In this document: positions 45,162-52,433 of the stretch, in pieces
How positions within the stretch are numbered: the stretch's first letter is position 1
Layout of the letters: every line of letters begins with the position of its first letter
Assembly: GCA_003577245.1 (NCBI GenBank)
Contig: QEVS01000003.1
Coordinates: 52,300-116,299, forward strand
Origin: a bacterium
GTDB lineage: Bacteria > Chloroflexota > Dehalococcoidia > Tepidiformales > Tepidiformaceae
Length of the DNA: 64,000 nt
Reading direction: 5' to 3'
Made by a program: the position numbers and the translations under genes
Notes under the pieces: generated by a model
Seen by the model: only the letters and a program-made list of their open reading frames with translations
What the model was told of the DNA's origin: nothing
Database searches by the model: none

Positions 45162-45619
45162 TGACCGAGCAAACTCATGAGTCCGCGGGCGCTGCTCCCG
45201 CCTCAACCCCAATGCCCTACAACAAGCCCCTGCCCGAGCCCACGCCGGTCACCCGTCCCTTCTGGGACGCCGCCCGCGAAGGCCGCCTGCTCATCCAGCG
45301 CTCGAAGAAGACCGGCAAGGCCGTCTTCTACCCGCGCTCCGTCTCGCCCTTCGGTCCCGACGACGAGCTCGAATGGTGCGAGGCCAGTGGCCGAGGGACC
45401 ATCTACACCTGTACCGTTGCCCGCCGCCCCGTCGCACCCCAGTGGGCGAACGACCCGCCCCTCATCATCGCCATCGTTGAGCTTGAAGAAGGCTGCCACC
45501 TGACCACCAACATCGTCGACTGCGACCCGGATGCCGTGCGCATCGGCATGCCCGTCACGGCCGTGTTCGAAGCGGTCACGCCCGAGGTCACCCTTGTCAA
45601 GTTCCGCCCGGCTGACTGA
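45161..45619 (+). CDS. DUF35 OB-fold acyl-CoA-associated protein (zinc-ribbon cysteines absent)
   Basis: PFWDAAREGRLLIQRS...EWCEASGRGTIYT...VELEEG pattern. TGATG overlap with the upstream gene. Confidence 0.8.
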   Translation: MTEQTHESAGAAPASTPMPYNKPLPEPTPVTRPFWDAAREGRLLIQRSKKTGKAVFYPRSVSPFGPDDELEWCEASGRGTIYTCTVARRPVAPQWANDPPLIIAIVELEEGCHLTTNIVDCDPDAVRIGMPVTAVFEAVTPEVTLVKFRPAD

Positions 45620-45696
45620 CGGGAGGCCTGGCGCATCAAGCCTCGCCGCCCGCATGCCGATAATCACCATGGCGATTACCACGGCGCAGGTGGAGC

Positions 45697-46143
45697 ATGG
45701 CATACACCTTCTTCCTTGTTGATGGCAGCGAAGCGGCCACAGAACGCAGAGACAAGCTCCTCGCCCTTGCCGGTCCGGGTGGTGAAGCTCTTCTTGCTTC
45801 ATCGGGACCTGCGGGGCTGGCGCTGCTCGACGATCTCCAGCTCCGCCCATCGCTGATCCTCGCCGGCTTCGCGATGGACGGCATGAACGTCATCGAGTTT
45901 CTCGGCGCCGTGCGGATGCGCCGCTGGCTCGAGGGCGTGCCCGTCGCAGTCTGCGCCAACGCCATAGCCGACCGGGAGATGATGGCCTGCTACCGGCTCG
46001 GGGTCTGTGCTGTGCTGGTGGAGCCACTTTCCCGCCACGAGCTGAAGTCGGTGATCGCCGAATGGGCACGCCCGTCCCACCGCGGCAGCGACGGCGCCAC
46101 TCCCCGGTTGCCGGACCAGGCCACGCACCGCAGGGTGGCCTGA
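45697..46143 (+). CDS. stand-alone receiver-like (pseudo-receiver) domain protein
   Basis: REC-like fold pattern FFLVDGSE...SLILAGFAMDGMN...VAVCANA...VLVEPL with the phospho-acceptor Asp and conserved Lys substituted. Confidence 0.65.
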   Translation: MAYTFFLVDGSEAATERRDKLLALAGPGGEALLASSGPAGLALLDDLQLRPSLILAGFAMDGMNVIEFLGAVRMRRWLEGVPVAVCANAIADREMMACYRLGVCAVLVEPLSRHELKSVIAEWARPSHRGSDGATPRLPDQATHRRVA

Positions 46144-46149
46144 CAGGCG

Positions 46150-47079
46150 TCAGCAGAGGGCGATCAAAGCCTCGCGTACCTCGGCGGCGCGCTCGACCGT
46201 TTCTTCCAGCGTGTCCTGTGCCGTGACAAGGTTCACATGGGAAGCCCCCGCTTCCACATACCGTGCGATGAACTCCGCGACCTCTGCCGGTGTCCCGTAA
46301 GGCGTGTACCGCTCGAAACGTTCGAAGGGTACCCGGTACATCGCCTCCATCCTGTCAGCGACCCGGCCGCGGGCCGCACTGCGATCCGGGCCCGCGCTGG
46401 TCCAGAACTGGATGCCCATCTCCACGCCCGCGGGGTCGCGGCCGGCCCCTGCCGCCTCTTCGCTGATGATCTCGCGCGCCTGCTGGAAACGTTCAACAGA
46501 CTGCCAGATGCCCGTGTAGCCATCGCCGTAGCGGCCCGCGCGCACCAGGGCAGCATCGCTCCGGCCCCCAACGAAGATGGGAACGGGCCGAAAGGGCCTT
46601 GGGTAAACGGTCACGTTCTCGATCTGGAAATGCCGCCCTGCGAATGTGACGCCATCCTCACGCCACAGTCTCCTGAGGATCTGGATTGCCTCATTGGTCC
46701 GGGCGCCGCGCGTGCGAGGGTCCACCCCGCAGCTCCAGAACTCGTGCGGGTCTTCGCCTCCGATGCCCACGCCAAGCACCAGGCGGCCCATGCTCAACTG
46801 GTCGATCTGCGCCACCTGCAAAGCCACGGGCACCGGGTGGCGCAGTGGCAGCAGGTAGACGCTCGTCTTTAGCTGCACCCGTTCGGTTACCGCCGCCATC
46901 GCCGCCAGCGTAATGAGGCCGTCATTCCCGTAGCCGTAGAACGTGACGTGGTCGCCCGCCATTATCCCGTCCAGCCCGAGCCCTTCGGCGCGCCTGGCCG
47001 CGTCAAGCGTCATGGCCGCCGTCGCGCCGAGGCGCACGTCCCATGCCCGGATCATCACAGACACGCTGGGCATTTCCAT
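46150..47079 (-). CDS. LLM-class (luciferase-like, probably F420-dependent) oxidoreductase
   Basis: GLGLDGIMAGDHV...LGVGIGGEDPHEF pattern. Start at ATG 47079. Confidence 0.85.
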   Translation of the reverse strand: MEMPSVSVMIRAWDVRLGATAAMTLDAARRAEGLGLDGIMAGDHVTFYGYGNDGLITLAAMAAVTERVQLKTSVYLLPLRHPVPVALQVAQIDQLSMGRLVLGVGIGGEDPHEFWSCGVDPRTRGARTNEAIQILRRLWREDGVTFAGRHFQIENVTVYPRPFRPVPIFVGGRSDAALVRAGRYGDGYTGIWQSVERFQQAREIISEEAAGAGRDPAGVEMGIQFWTSAGPDRSAARGRVADRMEAMYRVPFERFERYTPYGTPAEVAEFIARYVEAGASHVNLVTAQDTLEETVERAAEVREALIALC

Positions 47080-47182
47080 CGCGCAACTCCTCCTGTCCGA
47101 TTCTAACCCGCGCTCCGCGCCGCGATGTGGCCCCGTTAACCGCGGTCTGCGATAGTCGTCGTAGACGAACCCGGAGGGCCCC

Positions 47183-47893
47183 ATGAGCCTGCCACCCGCT
47201 CGAAACCCGATGATCTTCGATCGCGCCTTCCTCACCGGCGTCGAAGGCGTTACCGAGCTCGTGTTCGTCCGCCACGGCGAGCAGTTCATCCCCGACCCGC
47301 GCTCCGGCCCGGTGGGTGATACCTTCGACCCGCCTCTCAGCGAGCGCGGCCAGCAACAGGCCAGGCTCGTCGGCGAGCGCTTCTCGACCCAGAAGGTCGA
47401 TGCCGTTTACGCGAGCCCCCTCAAGCGGGCGCTCGATACCGGAGTTCAGATTGCGCGCCACCATCGGCTTGAGCCCGTGGTGCTCCCCGACCTGCGCGAA
47501 GTGGAGATCTTTCGCGACATCCCGCGCGACAAGTCTGCCCACGACTTCCTGGGCGCGGCGCTGCTGGCCGGCCTCCGCGAAAGGATGCTCAACGAGAAGA
47601 AGTGGGACGTGTACCCGTACTCCGAGTCCAGCTTCGAGTTTCGGAAGCGCACCGTGAACGCGGTCGAGGCCATCCTGGCCGAGAGCGAAGGCAAGCGGGT
47701 CGTGATCGCCTGTCACGGCGGCGTGATCAACGCCTACATCGGGCACATCATCGGCGCGCAGTACGACATGTTCTTTCGCCCCGCGCACACTTCCGTGAGC
47801 ATCGTCGCTGCGGGTGAAGGCATTCGCGCCCTCCATTCGCTCAACGATGTCCGCCACCTTGAGACGGCCGAAGGCAGCTTCCTGAGCCACTGA
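47183..47893 (+). CDS. histidine phosphatase family protein
   Basis: ELVFVRHGEQ RHG motif and CHGGVI. Confidence 0.8.
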   Translation: MSLPPARNPMIFDRAFLTGVEGVTELVFVRHGEQFIPDPRSGPVGDTFDPPLSERGQQQARLVGERFSTQKVDAVYASPLKRALDTGVQIARHHRLEPVVLPDLREVEIFRDIPRDKSAHDFLGAALLAGLRERMLNEKKWDVYPYSESSFEFRKRTVNAVEAILAESEGKRVVIACHGGVINAYIGHIIGAQYDMFFRPAHTSVSIVAAGEGIRALHSLNDVRHLETAEGSFLSH

Positions 47894-47985
47894 ACGGGCG
47901 CACCCGGACCCGCCCGGCGCCGCGCCCGTAGCGGCGAACGGCGTAGAATCACCCCCACTCACTCCCAGGATTGAAAGGGGACACC

Positions 47986-48753
47986 ATGCCCGTCGCCGAT
48001 TTCTCGCTCGCCGGTAAGGTCGCCATCGTCACCGGCGGCAGCCGCGGCATAGGCCGCTCGATTGCCATCGCCCTGGCCGAAGCCGGTGCCGGCGTCTGCG
48101 TCGCAGCCCGCAAGCTCGAGACGCTTGAAGAGAGCCTTGCTGCCGTCAAGGCCACTGGACGTCGCGGCATCGCCATCCCAACCAACGTCCGCGACCTGGA
48201 CGCCATCGAGAACCTCGTGAACGAGACAAAGCGGCAACTCGGACGGGTCGACATTCTCGTGAACAACGCTGCCACCAATCCCGTCTTCGGCCCAGTCCAG
48301 AAGATCGACGAGCGCGCCTGGGACGCCATCATGAACACGAACGTGAAGTCGGCCTTCTTCCTCAGCAAGCTCGTTCGCGAAGCCATCCTCGAACACGGCG
48401 AGGGAGGCAGCATTATCAACGTGAGCTCGACCGGTGGCCTCCGGGCCTCCATGGGCCTCGGCGGCTACTCGGTCTCCAAGGCCGCCATCATCATGCTGAC
48501 GCAGGTCTGTGCGAAGGAGTGGGGAGTCGATGGCATTCGCGTGAACTGCATCGCGCCCGGCCTCATCAAGACCGAGTTCTCTCGCGCGCTCTGGGAGAAC
48601 GAGGCCATCCTCAAGAACAGCCTCACCACGGCCGCCCTTCGCCGCATCGGCGAACCGGATGAAATGGCCGGCGCCGTGGTGTACTTCGCCAGCCCCGCGT
48701 CTTCCTTCGTTTCCGGCCAGACGCTCGTCCTCGATGGCGGAGGCATCGCCTAG
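47986..48753 (+). CDS. SDR family oxidoreductase (FabG-like)
   Basis: TGGSRGIG, NNAA and YSVSKAA catalytic motifs. Confidence 0.9.
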   Translation: MPVADFSLAGKVAIVTGGSRGIGRSIAIALAEAGAGVCVAARKLETLEESLAAVKATGRRGIAIPTNVRDLDAIENLVNETKRQLGRVDILVNNAATNPVFGPVQKIDERAWDAIMNTNVKSAFFLSKLVREAILEHGEGGSIINVSSTGGLRASMGLGGYSVSKAAIIMLTQVCAKEWGVDGIRVNCIAPGLIKTEFSRALWENEAILKNSLTTAALRRIGEPDEMAGAVVYFASPASSFVSGQTLVLDGGGIA

Positions 48754-48886
48754 CCCCACGGCCCACCGGGAAGCCGGCGAACTGCCCGTTTCCCGGTGGA
48801 GTGCGGTATTCCCCTGTTCACGGTGAGCGCAATGCAAGCAACTCGGCAAGGAGCGCGAGGGTAGGAAGCACGAGAATGTGTGAACA

Positions 48887-49054
48887 ATGTCCATTCTGAA
48901 AGGCCTTGCTCGCCCCGGCGCCCGGGCCGTGAACGCATTCCGCCGCCTGGCCTTCCGTCTGGTGCGCCTGGCCGTGACGGCTACCGCCATTGCCACCGTT
49001 GTGCTCGTGCTCGACGCGCTGCTGCTCAAGGACGAAGAGGCCGGGGACGAGTAG
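48887..49054 (+). CDS. possible 55-aa single-TM protein (below the ORF-track cutoff)
   Basis: MSILKGLARPGARAVNAFRRLAFRLVRLAVTATAIATVVLVLDALLLKDEEAGDE. GC3 is high. No clear SD. Confidence 0.25.
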   Translation: MSILKGLARPGARAVNAFRRLAFRLVRLAVTATAIATVVLVLDALLLKDEEAGDE

Positions 49055-49166
49055 CGCCACCCGCCCGGCAATGGCCGGATTGGTTCGAGGGTGGTACATT
49101 CTCGACGCTTTGCCCGCCGTTCGTTCAGCGGGCCGGAATTAACTAACCAGCGAGGTAGTACCAGAG

Positions 49167-50105
49167 ATGGCCGGGAGGCTCGAAGGCAAGGTCGCAATCG
49201 TTACAGGGTCCGGCCGCGGCATCGGCCGGGGCGAGGCTCTCCTGCTCGCCCGCGAAGGCTGCCGCGTCATCGTCAATGACATCGGTGGAAGCACCGCGGG
49301 CGAAGGAAGCGACACCACCCCCGCCGACGAGGTGGTCGCCGAAATCAAGAAGCTCGGCAGTGACGCCCTTGCCAACTACGACAGCGTCACCAGCATGGAA
49401 GGTGGAGAGCGCATGGTTAAGGCCGCGCTCGACAAATGGGGCCGCCTCGACATCCTCGTGAACAACGCCGGCATCCTCCGCGACCGCATGCTCTTCAACA
49501 TGGCCGAAGAGGAATGGGATGCGGTCATCGCCGTGCACCTGAAGGGGCACTTCACGGTTACAAAGCACGCCGCTCTCGTCTTCCGGCAGCAGCGGAGCGG
49601 GCGCATCGTCAACACCTCGTCCGAGTCTGGACTGGGCAATATGGGTCAGGCCAACTACTCGGCCGCGAAGGAAGGCATCGTCGGGCTCACCCGTACCGCC
49701 GCCCTCGACCTGGGACGTTACGGCGTCACAGTGAACGCCATCCGGCCCCGTGCCGGCACCCGCATGACCATTTCCCCGGAGCTCCGCGAGGCCATGGAGC
49801 GCGCACGGAGCGCCGCCGGTGGCCAGGGTCGGGGCGCCGAGGACCCGCTGGCGCAGCTTGAGGCGCTCAGGCCCGAGCTCGTTGCGCCCCTGGTGACCTA
49901 TCTCTGCACGGACGCCGCCGCCAACGTCAATGGCCGCGACTTCATTGTCGGTGGGAACGAGATCAGCCTGGTGTCGCTCCCCGGGAGAGAGCGGACCATC
50001 TATCGCGAAGGCGGCTGGGACCTCGACTCGCTGGATCGGATGTTCCCGACGACCCTCGGGGCCGGGCTGCGCAACCCGATGCCGCCGGCCCCTCCCAAGG
50101 AGTAG
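49167..50105 (+). CDS. SDR, MFE-2/Hsd4-type (3R)-hydroxyacyl-CoA dehydrogenase-like
   Basis: TGSGRGIG, LVNNAGILRD and YSAAKEG. Confidence 0.85.
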   Translation: MAGRLEGKVAIVTGSGRGIGRGEALLLAREGCRVIVNDIGGSTAGEGSDTTPADEVVAEIKKLGSDALANYDSVTSMEGGERMVKAALDKWGRLDILVNNAGILRDRMLFNMAEEEWDAVIAVHLKGHFTVTKHAALVFRQQRSGRIVNTSSESGLGNMGQANYSAAKEGIVGLTRTAALDLGRYGVTVNAIRPRAGTRMTISPELREAMERARSAAGGQGRGAEDPLAQLEALRPELVAPLVTYLCTDAAANVNGRDFIVGGNEISLVSLPGRERTIYREGGWDLDSLDRMFPTTLGAGLRNPMPPAPPKE

Positions 50106-50170
50106 CCACCGCTTTCCACAGGTGGAGTTCCAGCAGATGCCGGGCACTCCGCCCGGCATCTCCTCATGGT

Positions 50171-50419
50171 TCAGATTCTGCGCGGCAGTTCCCGCAGGCG
50201 GGCCGAGTCATCGTTGCCGAATAGAGGCGTTGCTGCCGTTCCCGGCTTCAACTCCCAGAAGCCGCAGGTGGTCTCGAAGTCGTCCATGAACGGGCCCACG
50301 CATTCCATGCCCTCACGCGCCCCGTGCTGGCAGATGTTCACCACCCCACCGATGCGCGCCGAATCAAGGGTCATCCGGTTGAAGGCGCACCGGGCCGCGT
50401 AGCGAGGCGAGGCTGTCAT
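50171..50419 (-). CDS. 82-aa Cys-rich hypothetical protein, translationally coupled to vapC
   Basis: ATGA overlap with the vapC stop (50416..50419). GC3 is high. Four Cys (C11, C30, C40, C52). No family recognised. Confidence 0.55.
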   Translation of the reverse strand: MTASPRYAARCAFNRMTLDSARIGGVVNICQHGAREGMECVGPFMDDFETTCGFWELKPGTAATPLFGNDDSARLRELPRRI

Positions 50420-50832
50420 TGCGCCGGCCCCTCCCGGCGCAGCCCCGGAATGCGGTCCAGGCCGCGGTCAAACGATACGAGCCGTCCCTCCGCCCGCTCG
50501 ATCGCATACGCCGCCAGGAGGCAGTCGTCCCAGTCGGGGTGTGCGGTTCGCAGGAGGGCGCAGGCCCGTGCGACCACGGACCTGTCAGACACGACCGCGT
50601 CCAGGTCCAGTACGGCCTCAACTGCCTCGGCCAGTCGCGCGCGTTCGAACCGAAGGCGCGGCCCACCAAGCACGTAGACGAGCTCGCGGATAGTGCTTGC
50701 GGAGATGAACGGCCTGGCTTTCCCTGACGCTGCCGCGCGAAAGTAGGCCCTGGCCGCCGGGCTCTGGACAGGGTCATCGTCCATGAGGAGTCGAACCAGC
50801 ACGTTGGTGTCGACGTACTCGGGCTCAGCCAC
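50416..50832 (-). CDS. vapC: PIN-domain ribonuclease toxin
   Basis: Acidic PIN residues in YVDTNVLV, IRELVYV, DWDDCLLAAYA and VSFDRG. GTG 50832 overlaps the vapB stop by 8 nt (GTGGCTGA). Confidence 0.85.
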   Translation of the reverse strand: MAEPEYVDTNVLVRLLMDDDPVQSPAARAYFRAAASGKARPFISASTIRELVYVLGGPRLRFERARLAEAVEAVLDLDAVVSDRSVVARACALLRTAHPDWDDCLLAAYAIERAEGRLVSFDRGLDRIPGLRREGPAQ

Positions 50833-51124
50833 GGGACTTTGTGGCCAAATCACGCTGGTAGGCTCGCTCGGCTCGCTCCCGGTGAGATTCCTGGATAGCC
50901 TGCTCAAGCTCAACGATCGAGAGCGGAGGTGCTCCTGGCCGCCTCAAGAGGCCATAGGCACGGTCCACCGGGTCCACGGCCTTGGTGAGGTGAATTCCCC
51001 CCTCTTGCATGGCAACTTCGATGTATGTCCCCGGCGTCGCATCCAGTGCGCGCAGCATTGCCGCCGGGATGGTCACCTGGTTGCGCTTTCCCACGCGGGT
51101 CACATGGCGAGCCTTCTTAATCAC
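50825..51124 (-). CDS. vapB: AbrB/SpoVT-fold antitoxin
   Basis: RVGKRNQVTIPAAMLRAL swapped-hairpin motif. It sits directly upstream of the PIN gene. Confidence 0.8.
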   Translation of the reverse strand: MIKKARHVTRVGKRNQVTIPAAMLRALDATPGTYIEVAMQEGGIHLTKAVDPVDRAYGLLRRPGAPPLSIVELEQAIQESHRERAERAYQRDLATKSRG

Positions 51125-51137
51125 TGTGACATGCTAA

Positions 51138-51183
51138 CACACTGAGAGTGCGTTGCTCAGTGCGCCACGGCACTCTCAGTGTG
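51138..51183. promoter_or_regulatory. perfect 14-bp inverted repeat (CACACTGAGAGTGC-N18-GCACTCTCAGTGTG)
   Basis: It lies between the thiolase stop (51194) and the vapB start (51124). A third CACTGAG copy sits in the loop. It could be an operator or a hairpin terminator without a U tract. Confidence 0.5.
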
Positions 51184-51193
51184 CAGCGAGCCG

Positions 51194-52378
51194 CTACTTC
51201 AGGCGCTCAACGACGGTTGCCGTGCCAATGCCGCCCCCAACGCACATGGTGATGAGGCCGTAGCGCCCATCAATGCGCTCGAGCTCGTTCAGGATTGTGC
51301 CGAAGAGCCGCGCGCCCGTGCAGCCCGTGGGATGACCGAGCGCGATCGCCCCCCCGTTGACGTTGACCTTGCTCATGTCCGGGTTCAGCTCGCGCTTCCA
51401 CGCGAGGACAACACTGGCGAAAGCCTCATTGATCTCGAAAAGGTCGATGTCCCGGATTGTCAGCCCGGCCCGCTGGAGCGCAAGCGGGGTTGCGGTGATC
51501 GGCCCCGTGAGCATCAGCTCGGGGTCAGACCCAACGACCGCCTGGGAAAGGATGCGGCCACGCGGCCTCCAGCCCATCTCCTTCGCCTTTTCCGGGTGTG
51601 TCAGCAGGACGGCGGCCGACCCATCCGTGATCTGGCTGGAGTTCCCGGCATGGTGGACGCCGTTCTCACGGAAGCTGGGTTTGAGCGCTGCCAGCACTTC
51701 GACCGTTGTCCCCGGCCGGATGCCCTCGTCCGCATCGACAATCGCGTCTTCCCAGGCGTCGGAGCCGTCCGGGTTCTTCGTCTTCTTCTTGCCCGGCACC
51801 GGGATGATCTCGTTCTTGAAACGGCCCTCGGCACGCGCGCGCGCAGCCTTCTCCTGGCTCTCCACCGCGAACTCATCGGCCTCTTCGCGGCTTATGCCGT
51901 ACTTGTCGGCGACACGTTCCGCGGAAAGCCCCTGCGAGGTGAGCGCATACTGCTCGCGCATGGCCTGCGTGAATGGGAAGCCCAGGTTCTGGCCGATGTT
52001 CGCGCCAAGCGGAATCTGCGACATCCACTCCGTCCCGCCCGCAACGACGACGTCGTGGGCGCCCGAGCCGATCTGATTCGAGGCGAAATGAACAGCCTGC
52101 TGGCTTGAGCTGCACTGGCGGTCGAGCGTGATCCCGGGAATCGTGTACGGCCACTTTGCGGTGAGCACGATGTTGCGCGCGAGGTTGGTCGACTGGGCGC
52201 CCACTTCGCTCACGCACCCGTAGATGACGTCGTCCACGACTTCGGGGTCGAGATGGTTCCTTTCGGCGAGAGCCCTCAGCAGCAGCGCCGACGTTTCGAT
52301 CGGGTGGTTCTGGCTTAGACCACCACCGCGACGGCCAAGGGGCGTGCGGATGGCGTCGATGATCACGGTTTCGCGCAT
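51194..52378 (-). CDS. acetyl-CoA C-acyltransferase (thiolase)
   Basis: Catalytic Cys in DRQCSSSQQA, GHPTGCTGARL and MCVGGGIG. Start at ATG 52378 (MRETVIIDA). Confidence 0.9.
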   Translation of the reverse strand: MRETVIIDAIRTPLGRRGGGLSQNHPIETSALLLRALAERNHLDPEVVDDVIYGCVSEVGAQSTNLARNIVLTAKWPYTIPGITLDRQCSSSQQAVHFASNQIGSGAHDVVVAGGTEWMSQIPLGANIGQNLGFPFTQAMREQYALTSQGLSAERVADKYGISREEADEFAVESQEKAARARAEGRFKNEIIPVPGKKKTKNPDGSDAWEDAIVDADEGIRPGTTVEVLAALKPSFRENGVHHAGNSSQITDGSAAVLLTHPEKAKEMGWRPRGRILSQAVVGSDPELMLTGPITATPLALQRAGLTIRDIDLFEINEAFASVVLAWKRELNPDMSKVNVNGGAIALGHPTGCTGARLFGTILNELERIDGRYGLITMCVGGGIGTATVVERLK

Positions 52379-52433
52379 TGAGTGTTCCTTCAATGGAGTT
52401 GAATTACGCGTTCGAGTGTAGCAGCAGCGGCCC

